Below the pieces are notes generated by a model that saw only the letters and a program-made list of their open reading frames with translations, did no database searches and was not told where the DNA came from. Position numbers and translations under genes: made by a program. DNA of 49,053 bases, from assembly GCA_030167865.1 (NCBI GenBank), contig JALAGF010003320.1, positions 1 through 49,053 of the forward strand. The letters are read 5' to 3'. This document shows positions 1-12,694 of this stretch, in pieces. Every line of letters begins with the position of its first letter. Positions within the stretch are counted from its first letter, which is position 1. The DNA is from Craspedostauros australis (taxonomy: Eukaryota).

Positions 1-22
1 CAATCGCTGTGCATGACAACAG

Positions 23-1239
23 CACGTCTCCGGAACGATCGGAGCGTCCGACAACAACGTGGGAGTCATCGGCGTGGCACCCGAAGCCAAGATCTTCACC
101 GTCCGTGTCTTCAACGATCAAGGGATCTTCAGCTCCGACTTGATGAAGGCGGCAGCGCAGTGTGTCGACGGAGGCGCCGATATCATCAGCATGAGTTTGG
201 GAGGAGGAGGCTCCAGCAGTAGAGAGCGCGCCTTCTTCGAGCAGCTGTACAGCCAGGGCATCCTGTCCGTGGCAGCCTCTGGCAACTCCGGAGGAACGAC
301 CAACGCCGTCAACTACCCAGCAGCGTACGATATCGTCGTGAGCGTGGCAGCGGTGGATTCTTCCAAGAACTTGGCTAGCTTCTCCACTCGCAACAACCGT
401 GTGGATCTCGCTGCGCCAGGAGTCGACGTGCGCAGCACCTGGAACAACGGACGTTACGCCACGATCAGTGGAACGAGCATGGTAAGTGTGAAGACACGCA
501 GATGCTGTTTACTGTGGTTGGACCATGCAGAGCCAGTCGCCAATCATACATACTGTATTTCATTATGTGATCGAATACCAATGACTGTCATTGCCAACAA
601 TCATCTAACCATGCCTGCTACTACAATCCCACACTTGCTCTTCTCCACACCATTCATATTCACTCTCGATCGCAACAGGCATGCCCACATGTGAGCGGAG
701 TGGCAGCACTGCTCAGAAGCTACGACAAGAATCTGACCACCGCAGAACTCTTCACCGCCCTCACATCCACAGCCGAAGATCGTGGACCCAGTGGCAAGGA
801 CAGCAGCTTCGGTCATGGTATCGTCGATGCGTTGGCCGCCATCGAATCTCTGGGCGACAGCAGCGGCGGCGATAACAGCGATGAAAACGGTGGCGGCGGT
901 GACAACAGCGGTAACGACGGTGCCGACGATCTCCCATGCCTCGAAATTCGCGTCGACATCCGCTTGGACCTATTCCCAGGAGACATCAGCCACTCCTTGC
1001 GCAATCTGGCAACCGGAGAGGAAGTGTGGAAGGAGGATAGCTACCGCCCCTTCGAACGCGATACCCAGACCGTGTGCGTCGATCGCCTATCGTGCTGGCG
1101 TTACGAGATCGTGGACAGCTACGGCGATGGATTGCTCGGCTACGGCGGTATCGCCTTGAGCGAGGATGGTGAGGTGCTGTACCGCGGCGGTAACTTCGGC
1201 ACTGGCGGGTACCGCGATTTCGGACTGGGCTGTGAGTAA
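23..1239 (+). CDS. Subtilisin-like serine protease (peptidase S8), 5'-partial; exons 23-481 and 679-1239; acidic Gly linker and a C-terminal Cys/DxYGDG module
   Basis: The frame reads HVSGTIGASDNNVGVIGVAP after a CAG acceptor at 20-22, then ISMSLGG, AASGNSG and DLAAPG. The catalytic Ser motif GTSM|ACPHVSG is rebuilt across a GTAAGT...CAG intron at 482-678. Confidence 0.93.
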
Positions 1240-1683
1240 ATGCGATACGATGTGATGGAATGGAAGGCAGACAGATGCTGGCGGAAGCTGTCATGGGTCT
1301 GCTCTGCACACACACATACTCGTAGTATGCCAATGCGACGATACTGAATAGAGTAGAGTAGAGTAGAGTACGTATCTTAATTAGGACCATACAATACATG
1401 CAATTGGATGTTATCCTCCACTTTCTTCTTCTTGATTAGAGTAGAGCGCTGCGTATGCCATTGCCTGTCGCTGCCACCTTCTACGGTGTGCTGAAACTTT
1501 CGCACGATCAATCCACATCTGTTCGGAGGCACATGCTGATGAGCCGAGCGGTGTCGAACATCGTGACCCGCTGCCGCGCAAGCAAGGAACTCTTACCTCT
1601 CTTCCATCTTTGACACAAACAATGTATTATATGTGGGTAATGGTCGCTACTGTAAACTGAATCGTAGTTGTTGTTGAAGGCGT

Positions 1684-2742
1684 TTACAGAATGAAGGAGG
1701 TGGCGATCATGGCAGCCACGAATGCGCCAACAATAGTGGAACGCAGGAAGGCGGCCTCGGAATCGTCGCCATCCTTCTTCTCGCCCTCCGTACTGGCATC
1801 AGTGTCTCCTCCAGTGCCGCCATCGTCACTGTTGCCTCCAGTGTTGCCATCGTCACTAGTACTACCGGTGTTACCAGCATCGCTGTCATCCGTGATCTTC
1901 CCATCCTGCACGTCAAGGTAGATACCTTCAACGCAACCGAAGTAGTCGATGTTCTGCGCCAACGCCGTGGCAGCATCCTGACTCGGCAGGACACCAGGAG
2001 TCTTCTCGATGCATCGCTTTGTGAGGACATCCGCATCGACGGTGGACGCGTGACTGGCATCCAAACGACGACTACGACGCCGCGCCGTGCACACAAAATC
2101 GCATGGCTGCGGCGTCGATTCGACCACGTTGTTGACGATGCACTCGCCCAACGCTTCGACCTCATCGAGACATTGCGGACAGCATCCGACGTTGGTGCAG
2201 AAGGGATCCATGATGGAGGTCTGGATGCTGGGACACTCGTCGAACGTCGTGGCCTTGTCGATGAGGTCCGTCCAGTTGTTGCGTTGCACGTCGGCGCACG
2301 AGGCTTCGCACGTTTCGGCGTTGTCGACGGCGCACTGCGCCAAGGCCGTCATGGTCTCGTTGACACATGGGTGGATGGAGTCGATGAGCTCCTCATAGCG
2401 CTGCTTGACGCAGCTGATCATGGGATCGAAGCAGTCCGTCACGAGATCCGTGAGGTCCTGGAAGAAGTTGCTGTTCGTCGTGATGGACTGGAAGCCGTCG
2501 GTCAAGCATGTAGTCAGGGAGGACACCGTCGTGTTGGTGCCTTCGCCGAAGCAGACGGAGTAGTCGGTCGTGGTGTCCGAGATGCAGGTGGCCACATCGA
2601 TGAGGCTGCTCATGTCCTGGCAGGATGGAGATTGGAAGGCTTCCAGCTTGTCGCCATCCTCGGCAGCGACGAAGGAGCCTTCCGTTGCCAGCAGCACGGT
2701 CAGCGCCAGCAGCAAAGACTTCATGGTCAATGGCTTCATCAT
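1684..2742 (-). CDS. Secreted Cys-rich protein with an acidic Gly/Asp/Thr tail and a C-terminal hydrophobic (GPI/TM) anchor
   Basis: Signal peptide MKSLLLALTVLLATEGSFVAA (ATG at 2742 or 2724), many spaced Cys including CCPQC, an RRSRRL site, repeated DDGxTGG units and a hydrophobic C-terminus. Strong coding bias. Confidence 0.8.
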   Translation of the reverse strand: MMKPLTMKSLLLALTVLLATEGSFVAAEDGDKLEAFQSPSCQDMSSLIDVATCISDTTTDYSVCFGEGTNTTVSSLTTCLTDGFQSITTNSNFFQDLTDLVTDCFDPMISCVKQRYEELIDSIHPCVNETMTALAQCAVDNAETCEASCADVQRNNWTDLIDKATTFDECPSIQTSIMDPFCTNVGCCPQCLDEVEALGECIVNNVVESTPQPCDFVCTARRRSRRLDASHASTVDADVLTKRCIEKTPGVLPSQDAATALAQNIDYFGCVEGIYLDVQDGKITDDSDAGNTGSTSDDGNTGGNSDDGGTGGDTDASTEGEKKDGDDSEAAFLRSTIVGAFVAAMIATSFIL

Positions 2743-3332
2743 GTTGTGCATTAGTGTGTGACTGTGTGACTGTGTGAGTGAGTGAGATGGGTCTTTGTGT
2801 TGATGAGGTAGATGGTCGTACTCTGCACAAGGATGCTGCTGATCGCTTTGGTCTGCGGGGAACCGAAATTTATGAAGCTTCCGTCTCCATGACTGCGCTG
2901 TCATGGTGCGTCACGGTCACAACTCCGCGCACGTTACTCGTATTGTGTTGTTACGGTGGTTGATAACCAGTGTCAGTGTTGCGGGCGGTTTGGAGCCCAT
3001 TCTGCATGCTTCCTGCCCAAGCGCGAAGCAAAGAAGCAAATCGTCATGAACAAAATGGAAGAGGAGGAGATGTTCGAGTCGGTTGAGTCATGTACGACCA
3101 ACATTGCACGATTCAATTGCTGCCAATCAGGCGCGCAAGCTCATCTTGTTGCTGTTGATGTTGTTGATGTGATGACCATCATGTTCTCACACTCCTCGCA
3201 ACACACCATGACATGCGGCTCAACAAGAGCAGACGATACAATTATGCTGACGAGCGCCTCCGTCATTGATCACCATCGCCATAATCAATGGAGTAGCATT
3301 GTATTACATAATATCTCGTACCAGTCGTACCA

Positions 3333-3839
3333 ATGGAGCAGCAGAACGAAGAACCGCGTGCGCCAGACACACAATTAAGCGCATCCGACGACGTCGGCTG
3401 CGCCGATGACACGAGATTCCGAGTTGACGACGGCCCGAAGGGCAGAGGATTGTTCGCAACATGCGACATCCCGCCAAGATCGTTGATCCACACGGCGCCA
3501 TGCCTGTTGGTCGGCAAGGAGGAATACGCCAACCACGGCCGGCACACGATCCTGGAGCACTATCTGTTCAATGCCTCGGGCGGTGACAAGCTGCTGGCGC
3601 TTGGATACGGCAGCCTCTTCAACCACTCGCGGCATCCCAACGTGGATTATCGCGTCGACGGCACCGCGTTGACGATACGGTACATGTCGGGGCACAAACA
3701 GATCCAGGCCGGCGATGAGCTGTGCATATCGTACGGGGGCAACCTTTGGTTCGACGATGCGTCGGAAGGTCATGCGGCAGACGGCCGTTCCTCTTCTTCG
3801 TCAGATGATGCGGATTTCCTTTCGAGGGTGGAGCTTTGA
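3333..3839 (+). CDS. Small stand-alone SET-domain lysine methyltransferase
   Basis: SET motifs KGRGLFA, LFNHSRHPN and ELCISYG in a 168-aa intronless ORF. Confidence 0.92.
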   Translation: MEQQNEEPRAPDTQLSASDDVGCADDTRFRVDDGPKGRGLFATCDIPPRSLIHTAPCLLVGKEEYANHGRHTILEHYLFNASGGDKLLALGYGSLFNHSRHPNVDYRVDGTALTIRYMSGHKQIQAGDELCISYGGNLWFDDASEGHAADGRSSSSSDDADFLSRVEL

Positions 3840-5007
3840 ATGAGAGGAGCAATGTGTATTCAGAGTGGAGCGCAGTACCCTTCGAGCAATGGAATGCAAC
3901 CCAAGGCAATTTCAAACAGTGATTGATGCGCCAAGAAAGTGATGCCAAACTGAATCTGAAAGTTGCGGTAATCATTTTATTATTCAGAGTAAATTGTATT
4001 GTCGGTGTCTGTTTACTTTGTCTGTCAGTTTGTTGAGAACGTTCATGAAGTGGCTGTATCTGTGTTCTCTTCAGCTGTTGTCGTCTGCTTATAGCTTGAC
4101 GTTTCTGTTGTGTTGTTTCTGAAACCGTATGTTTGCTCACACGTAGGCCTACAACCTCCAACACCGAAATGAAGCTCTTCGCGCAGTATTGGTTTTGTGT
4201 GATTGAAAATCGTCATGGAACACGACTTTGGCGTTTTTTCGTAGGCGCATGTCATGATCCAGAAGTGATTTCATCGCAGCCTTCGCTATGTGGCGAATTC
4301 TTGTTTATGGCAGCTCTGATGCTTCGTGATACCGACGGCATGTCATTGCAGACAATGAACACGAATCCATGGGAAGAGACCATCATGGCTCTGTCAAACG
4401 GCGTGAGTTGCGACTGAAAAAAGTGCATCAAAACGATGGGCATCGAATGGCGAAAGTGGCATCGAATGACTGACCGGTAATGAGCATGTTATGCCGGGAT
4501 TCAATATAGTTCGTAGCTCGTCATATGTGTTGCGTGTCTCAAGACTCATGGATGTCACCATCGTGCAAGGTCCATCGGATTTGCGTTCTCTTGGTAGTCA
4601 CGATGTGGGAACGTAAAGAGTTTGAGCAGTGGAGACGGTTCGTGATGAATCTGCGTTTCTGATCTCCTTTTCTCCAAGCCTCCACCTCTTCGCACGATCT
4701 GTGTTCGTCTTCATCTCTTGACAGATCGCGCATCGTGTTCATGGAACTCACTTTCGCATGAAGGAATCGACAGGTAAAGAGAGCAAAACAGAGCACAAGT
4801 GAAGACGTTCGCATCACTTGGTAGCTCGGACGCTTCGCGTCAGCGTTCGTTGTATCACATCACTTCCACAGAACACCCATAAAAATCAAAACGAGCAAGT
4901 TGAGACGCAAGGAAGCATCCATAAAACCAAACACTCCACTATCAGCATACAGCCACACAACCACACAACCACACAACCACACTATACTCCACTCTACTCT
5001 TCACAAC

Positions 5008-6225
5008 ATGTCGAAGACCCTCGGTTCCTTGCTCGCCCTTGGCGTTGCCACATCCGTGTCGGCTGTCGCCAGCTCCGGCAACATGCATCCCATTTGCATG
5101 CAGTCTCAGTGCACAGGTCAGTTCGATCTGGACAACTGCATCATCGACGATGAGAAACTCATGGACAAGGGCGCTGCTGTCAGATTCAAGAACATGGCGA
5201 TGAAGCCCGCGGGAGAGTTCTACGCCGGTGCTGGAGATCTGGGCGATGCCCAGTGCCGCGATGGTCAGAAGTACATCACGTACGACTTCAACGGTGAAGC
5301 GATGCCATTCTCTATCCAGTTCACGCCCAGCGACGAGAAGATGGTGGCCTACATGACGACCTCCACCCACACGAAGACGTGGGAGAAGCAGATCGACGAC
5401 CTCCGCGCCGATCCTGGCTGCCAAACAGATGGCAACACACTTTCCGGAAAGGCGGTGCCACCAAGCCAATGGAACGGCATCACCTTCACCATCGCCAACA
5501 GAGATAGGAACAATCAAAACAACTCTGGAGACATCTGGATCACCGACGTCGAGGTCAACGGCGTCAAGCTCGGCAACTTTTGCGGAGCGGCAAGCAGCGG
5601 CTTCAACTTCCAGAACTACCTCCCCGACTACGACATGTCTGCCATCCCGACCACGATCACTGGCAACCTCGTCCTTTGCAGCCCCAAGGCCACCTACAAC
5701 AAGAACGAGTATGACAAGTTCGAGGTGCTCTTCCTGCAGTCGGACACAACACGTGCCGCGGAAGGATGCTCCACGCCCACACCCACCAACACCTGCCCAG
5801 ACGAGCAGGTCAAGCTTGCCAGCGTCGACGGCGAACGCACCAAGTCCCTGGCTGGCCTGAACGACCTGCCCGTGAAGGTCCTCGAGGCGGATGGCAAGAC
5901 CGTCAAGTTCGAAGTCTGCAATACACTGGCCGGGGGCGCCGTGTGGACTTCCTTCGATCAGCGCTTCCGCTATCAATGCATGGAACACCTCCAGAGCGAG
6001 CCGAACACCAACTGCCAAACCTACACGGCATCCTGCAGAATGGATGAACACTCCATCGTCGATGTCTACGTCGCCAACAACGGCCTTGACCTCGCCCCTG
6101 CGTCCGACGTCCCGCGCTGCTGCGAGTCCGAGTCCTCGCCAAAGGTGACTCAGTTGACGTTCTTGGTTCAGTGCTTCTGTCCGTCCGATGATACTGCCCG
6201 CAACCTCCTTCGTGGGGCTGTCTAG
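5008..6225 (+). CDS. Secreted protein: N-terminal beta-rich domain plus a diatom-type Cys-rich C-terminal domain
   Basis: ATG 5008 starts the signal peptide MSKTLGSLLALGVATSVSA. C-terminal module TCP...LPVKVLEADGKTVKFEV...YTASC...VDVYV...VPRCC...CFCP, ending RNLLRGAV. Confidence 0.82.
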   Translation: MSKTLGSLLALGVATSVSAVASSGNMHPICMQSQCTGQFDLDNCIIDDEKLMDKGAAVRFKNMAMKPAGEFYAGAGDLGDAQCRDGQKYITYDFNGEAMPFSIQFTPSDEKMVAYMTTSTHTKTWEKQIDDLRADPGCQTDGNTLSGKAVPPSQWNGITFTIANRDRNNQNNSGDIWITDVEVNGVKLGNFCGAASSGFNFQNYLPDYDMSAIPTTITGNLVLCSPKATYNKNEYDKFEVLFLQSDTTRAAEGCSTPTPTNTCPDEQVKLASVDGERTKSLAGLNDLPVKVLEADGKTVKFEVCNTLAGGAVWTSFDQRFRYQCMEHLQSEPNTNCQTYTASCRMDEHSIVDVYVANNGLDLAPASDVPRCCESESSPKVTQLTFLVQCFCPSDDTARNLLRGAV

Positions 6226-7438
6226 ATAATGTACGATTAGGCATTCTTTACGAATTTCTTGAGTGCACAATTTGCGACATCGTGTTGTCTTTTGTTACTA
6301 CTATATTTCCTACTCGCATAGTACATCGACGACTCTCAGTCCAAGCCCTATCTCTAGAGATGAATGGAGAAGTCTATTAACCTGACGAAGGATGGACATG
6401 GTATTTGGCGAGAACAAGAGGAGGCACGGTAAATCAACTTTGATCGATAAAACACCGACGTGGGTTGTCGATGCGGTTTTCGCTCGTGGCTTCAAATAAC
6501 AGCAATGTAGCGAATTCCATTCAAGTGCCGTTAATTGTTGTCGACAACTTGAGGAAAGTTGCTGTACTCTGTTGTCCAAGTTCTGTCCTGCCCCTGGTAC
6601 AAAAAGTCACATCACGAAGAAACAGGAATGGGGCGAAGTCGCTTTGCTTCATGCGAGTCGCACACAACAACACGAAACAGCACAAGGACAGGACATCATG
6701 GTGGTGATGACGCAAACATGTGGACTGCACCCATGGCTCGCACTTGCAAGGCTCTCTGGTTGCTGAGGTCCTCGTCCTGGAAGGAGTGCTTTTCAAGCGC
6801 ATCTCCTGTCATGGATGTTGTCATGATGACCTGGGGAGTCGCGTCTCTGCGAGTCTAGCAGGTCATACGACCTCTTCTGAGTCATCATCCTGGGCGAAGA
6901 TGGTGGCGGCGCGTCTTCCTTCGTTCGCTGTCTCTTTGGCTTGTTGTTGGTTGTGGCATGGGAGAGGTTGGGGTGAAAGAAGCAACAACAACAACAACAA
7001 CAACAAAGGATTCGACCGAGAAACATACATCCTCCTGCTATCCACATTCGCGGCTACACACATCCCTTGCGGTCGATGTTGCCAAAGCATCGCACCCCAT
7101 CAACGAGCAACTCGGACGACCGCCCTTCCGGCACACCCTTCGAACCCCCGTCCTTCTGTTATTCCATTCGCTCATCAACGCTGTTCACCCATGCAGTTCG
7201 CATGGATGTGTATGCAGTTGGATAAACAACCAGTGACCCAACACAAGCATCAGAATAGTCGTAGCACTCACAATAAGCACCAGCACAACCATCGCTGCCA
7301 GCCCCCAGCCTGCGCACATCGCCTGCTCTGATCACCTTTCAACGGCTCCATCTTTCCCATCCTCGCCGCTATTGCCACCATCAACGCTATCAATAGCGAC
7401 AGCGACAGCATCACCAACTATATACTCGCATTGGTACG

Positions 7439-8983
7439 ATGGCGACCCTTCCACTGTGGCAGTACGCCACCGTCACGGTCACGAGCACCTTGATGGCCCT
7501 GCTGTCGCTGGTGACCAGCACGATCATGGTCACTCTTGTGAAACGAGACCTGAGCAAGGTGCATCACAGGATCTTGCTATGCATGTCGGGGTGCAACATC
7601 ATCTTCAACCTTCTCAAGCTAGGGCAACCATTCCTGCTGCCAGAGGACCGGGTCGAGGGACGGCCGCTCGCCATGGGGGATGATACGACGTGTTCGGCGT
7701 CAGGTTTCATCTACACCACCTCGGCGACGTCGACGATATTCTACACCGCCTTCATCTCCATCAACTTCTTCCTGCAGCTCAAGTACCAATGGACGGAGGA
7801 GATGATCGTGCGAAGGGTCGAGCGGTTCTACCATGCCCTCACATTCACTTACGTCGTGGGCGTGTCCGCATTCGCATGGGTGTCCGAGTCGTACAACCCA
7901 CTGGCGTTGGTCGGCGTCTGTTACATCGCGGAGTACCCGGACGGATGCATCAACAAGGATGACGTGGAATGCGAACGAGGCGGAGCTGTTTCGGCCGCCA
8001 TCGGCAGGATCGGTTCCATGTCGGCGCTCATCATCTCCATCATCGGCTTCGTGTGCACGTACATGCTGCACCGCACCGTCAAGGAGACCCTTTCGCGAGG
8101 CATGCGGCGTTCCATGGCAACGTCTGCCATGGCCAAGAAGCAGCAAGATCGCATCCGCACAGTCACGCGGCAGTGCGTGTTGTATTGTCTGTAAGTTGAG
8201 CGCGGCGGCGTCTTGGAATGTGGAATGTATTGAATGGAATTGAATGGAGGTGCTCGTCATGCTTCGATTCTTGAGATGCACTTGCGATGCACATCCCGCC
8301 TCTCCCAATAATATCTCTCAGCTCGCCATTCTCACTCACACTCATGCTATTTCAAATCAAACATCATCGCCACATGCGACATTGCATTGGATTACTGCTA
8401 CCACTACTGTCACCACCATCGCAGAGTCTACGCGAACTCGGCCTTTTGGAATATACTCACTCAGGTCCTCATCAGCGTGTTCAGCATCGAGCAATACCTG
8501 GGCCACCCAGCCGTCTTTATATACCTCATGCTGATCACCATCTGCCTGTCCTTGAACGGAACGCTGAACCTCATCATCTTCATTTCGCCACGATATCAGG
8601 AATGGCGGCGCGCGTTGCCAGATGAGTCGCCGATCTACGTCCTGCGATGCAGCCTCTCCGAGCAGGAGGTGCCAAAGCGGGAGTCTCGGCTGCACGATTA
8701 TTCTGGTTCCACAGGATGCAAGAGGCCACCGCACGGCATCACGCCTGCGCGCAACATGTCCAGCGTTGCGACCAACAGCACGAAGCAGGCAGACAGCGAC
8801 GAACAGCGATTCTCGCTGAATGAAAACTCGCAACGGCAGCAACGCAGTTCTGTCGGGATGATGAGCAGCGATGGGGATAGATTCGTCGTGGACGAGGGTG
8901 ACGCCAACATCCTCGATAACACGGCTTCCAACCAAAGCTCGCAGCAGGGCAGCGATCACAATAGCAACGATGTCGACGTGTAG
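7439..8983 (+). CDS. 7-TM GPCR-like protein (diatom cAMP-receptor/Git3-like family); exons 7439-8190 and 8425-8983
   Basis: Hydrophobic helices with HHRILLCMS, G-D-x-x-T-C-x-A-S-G-F, YNP...CYIAEYPxGC...CERG and LNGTLNLIIFISPRY. A GTAAGT...GCAG intron (8191-8424) joins LYCL|VYAN in frame. Confidence 0.88.
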
Positions 8984-9372
8984 AGAGGGAGAGAGGAGGG
9001 CACAAGACGTATAGTCTAGTGTGGAATAGTTTAGAGGGTTGGTTTTGTTTAAAGAAAGACCGGGAGCAACCACTTCGGCATGACCTGCTCCCTCCGGAGA
9101 CCAGGGAGAGAGAGAGAGGCAGAGAGTAGTGTAGAGTAAATAGTCCATGAGTATTCTATGAGTAAAGAGCGATCATTGATCACTGGACGGCACAGTGCGT
9201 GCATTAGGACGAATGCGGGATGGTGTGGGGGATCATCGCAGTGTGTCGCTGGCAATTCAGACGCGAACAACAACGAAGGACACTCTACCTCCTGCGAAAC
9301 GACACGATCGCGTGCAACACAACCCAACAAGTCGAAACACGCCACTTCACAACATAAAAGCAAGACACCACC

Positions 9373-9678
9373 ATGGCGACGACGACAGCGCCCATCCACA
9401 TCCTGCGCGGCATCCTGCGCCATCTCAAGTCGCCGTCCCCCATGTCGCGCACCACGGCGACGCGGCGTTACGTGCTGGAGCAGTTCCGACAGAACCGCAC
9501 AGAATCGCCCCTGCTGGCCCAAGAGTACCTGAGCCTGCAACAGGATCTGGCGGAGCGACAGCGACTGTACGAGCTGGATGCTGGCGCGGAGGAGAAGCTG
9601 TCTCCGAAGGAATTGACGCGGTTGGCGGCGGCGCGAGCGGGATTGCAGCCACCCAAGTTGGATCCGGATTTGAAGTGA
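9373..9678 (+). CDS. FMC1: FMC1-like LYR-family mitochondrial ATP synthase assembly factor
   Basis: 101 aa with LYR-like ILRGILRHL, YVLEQFR and the C-terminal AAARAGLQPP motif that I recall from FMC1 proteins. Confidence 0.68.
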   Translation: MATTTAPIHILRGILRHLKSPSPMSRTTATRRYVLEQFRQNRTESPLLAQEYLSLQQDLAERQRLYELDAGAEEKLSPKELTRLAAARAGLQPPKLDPDLK

Positions 9679-9947
9679 ACGCCGTGCTTGCTGAGTGGCG
9701 GATTCATCAGTTGTGTTGCTCTATAACTCGACAGCAGCTGCAAGTCGTCAATTCCTCACGTAATTCAGTGGGTGACTGGTACAAACTCGTATTATATAAT
9801 ATTATACACAATAGCAGGAACTAGGGAACTAATAAAAGGATCTCATTTATAGAGCAGTAGTAGTGGTAGTAATAGTAGTAGTGGTATGTCTGGATGAACT
9901 CTATGCTTCTCTTTCTTTCTCTCCTGTTTTGTTACCATGCCGTTCGC

Positions 9948-12008
9948 CTACAGTTCACCTGTGTACGGATTGCCATGCGCCCAGTTGCTGGCGTTGCCGC
10001 TCTGGTGCAGGTACTTGACCGTGGAGGCCATGTTCTGCCACACCCATGGGTAGTAGGCGTACTTGACGTCGTGCTTCTTGCAGATCTCACGCACCTTGGG
10101 CGCGATGAATGGGTACCATGCCGAACTCATGCGTGGGAAGAGATGGTGCTCGACCTGGAAGTTGAGGCCGCCCGTCAGGCAGCCGGAGACGAAACCGCCG
10201 TACGTGCTGGAGGTCTCGACCTGGGCCTTGAACCAGCAGACCGGCTCGCCGTTCGTGCGGGCCTGGTAGGTTGGGTCGCGGTTGGAGTCCTCGAAGTTGT
10301 GGGACAGGGCGAAGAGGATGGCGAGGGTGAGGGAGGAGGCGGCGCCCATGACCATGACGTGTCCGAGAATGTTCCACGTGTATCCGCCCTGGTTGATGGC
10401 CGGAGCGATGCAGTTGGTGAAGATGTAGAGGAGTCGCAGGAAGATGGCGTACTTGCGGCTCTTCTTGACGTAGTCAGACTCCATCTTGAGACCGACGTTC
10501 TCCGCTCCGCGCTGTCTGAGATCGAAGATCTCTGGGTTGAAGACGGAGCTGAGCCAGTATGCGCCAAGGGGGAGGACATAGTAGAATGCCTGGAAGCGGT
10601 GCATGAAGGTACGCTTGCTGTGGCCTGGCTCATAGTCATTGAAGAGGATGAATGGTTCGGCACCGAAGGCATCTGGGTCCTTCTCGTGGTGGTTGGTGAA
10701 TGAATGATGCTGTTGGTTTGGAATGCAGTGATGTTTGTCATGTATCGGGAATGTGTCCGTATGCATGCATGCATGTGTGAACGACAATGTGTGAGATTGA
10801 TTGTTGCTTCAGTTGGCTTCATGTTGTGATGTCTTCTGCATCGAGCATGCATAGAGCCAGCATGTTATACCACCTTGCGCCCATCGACGTCTCCAAACAG
10901 ACAATATGCACACCATTCATGCAAAGTATCCAACTCACCGTCCAATGCTGCTCCATCCACAGCCACTTGCTGCCTCCGATAAAGTCGGCACCCAATCCCA
11001 GGACGTTGTTGACCCACGGCTTCTTGGAAGCGGCACCGTGATTGGCATCGTGCTGCACGTTGAGACCGATGAAGGCCTGGCTGATGCCGTAGACGATGGC
11101 AAGTGCGTAGGTGGTGGGCGTGGTGACCCAGAGATACTGCAGGAAGGCGAACAATCCAATGAAGAAGAAGCAGCGGCTGAACCATCCCAGGGTGCCGAAT
11201 TCCTGCCCGCGTCGCACAATTTTGAAGACTTCTCTTTTGATCTCGCGCTCGAATTCGGTGTCGAACTTGTATCTGCGGGTTTGTTTGTTGGCGTCGCGGA
11301 TTTGAAAGAAGAGGAGCGGAATGGGAATGAAACGTAGTGGGACGAAAAGGATGGATGAGTTGTCGCTGGTGCGATTGGAATCATTTGTTGGCGTTGGAAG
11401 ACCATGAAGGCAATCGGACTGGTATCGCCCATGTGTACATCTCCCCATCAGAATTGACCAAGGCCCACACTATCAAATCTCAATCACAGCATGGACCACC
11501 TCGAAATGATGGGTACAAATGCTTGACGGACGGAATGACCGAGCGCAATCTTGTCTGCACAACCATCAGCATCCAAAAGGACTCCACTTCGCTCCTCTCT
11601 GCTCTTCTCTTTCTCTTCCTTGTTTCATGCATGCATGTGTGGAGTGGAGCACCCTTGAATGAAAGGCAACAGCCAAAGTAGCAGCCAACCAATTGAATGA
11701 GGAACTCACTCCGTCGTGTAATCGATGAGCTTGCCCACGCGCTGCATCTTCTCCAGATGCTTGGAGGTGTGGTACGGATGCACCATCTTGTACTGCACGG
11801 TGACATCATTGCCTCCGAACAAATGCACGGATTCACCGCCTGGATGGTCGAAGTCGGTGAGGTCGTAGATGATGCCATCGATGGCAACCTCATGACTCTT
11901 CAGTGCTTCCACGGTCGCGAGACGCTCGCTTTGAGTGGACTGCGTGGCATTCTCACTGACGACGCCGGCCGCCTTGCGCTGCCTCAGTTTGTCTGCGTCC
12001 GGGGCCAT
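9948..12008 (-). CDS. Front-end delta-5 fatty acid desaturase (cytochrome b5 fusion); exons 12008-11710, 11272-10939 and 10709-9948
   Basis: HPGG cytochrome b5 motif and His boxes HDANH, QHWT|HH and QVEHHLFP. Two GTGAGT...CAG introns (11273-11709, 10710-10938) keep the frame. The start MAPDADKLRQR matches my recollection of the P. tricornutum delta-5 desaturase. Confidence 0.95.
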
Positions 12009-12694
12009 GGTGTCGTTCGTTCTTTTGTTTCGTTCTTCGACGAGAGAGTATCGGTACTCGGCTGCTCAATGACAGTGTGACGACAGGATGCACAACAATT
12101 GCAACCTTTCCTGAAAGTTTTGTGATGCTGAAGATGAATTCCAGAAAGCCACCACTTCGCTCAAACACCAAACCGATGAGGATCAGACACCGTCTTTTCC
12201 GCTTTGGTTTGTTCCGCATCACACACCACTGCAGAGGGAGTATCGGCATGCACCCTCGCGCGACGTGGCCGAGCAGAATCGCCTCATCGTTCGCAATGCT
12301 GCAGTCGTAGGAATCGACTTCAACGAATGCGGGTGGTCTTTCTTCGCATTCGTCCTTGTGATGACGACACGTTGGCTGTTTTGTCGAATCATCAAGTCGA
12401 AGTCGTCATCAAATGATACCATTTCAGTCTTGTGGGATTCAGCTGAGCGAACGATGAAAACGCTCATTCGTCTCTTCATCTACGATCCCTCTACTTGCAC
12501 AGCAGATCTGTTTCGAAACGCGATCTTGTGAAAAATCCAAACACAAAACAACAACACGGAACTTGGGTTTCTCTCGTTTTCTGCATCGGAACGAACCGTC
12601 ATCACCGTCATCATCATCATCATCATCATCGTCATTGGACGAGTACTCGTGTGGTATCCCCAACACCCTGGACACCTCCACTCAGCCTCCGACA

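Noticed and set aside
4539-4817. 92-aa minus-strand ORF with a signal-peptide-like start
   Set aside because: Short, with no recognisable domain or clear codon bias. It cannot be distinguished from chance.
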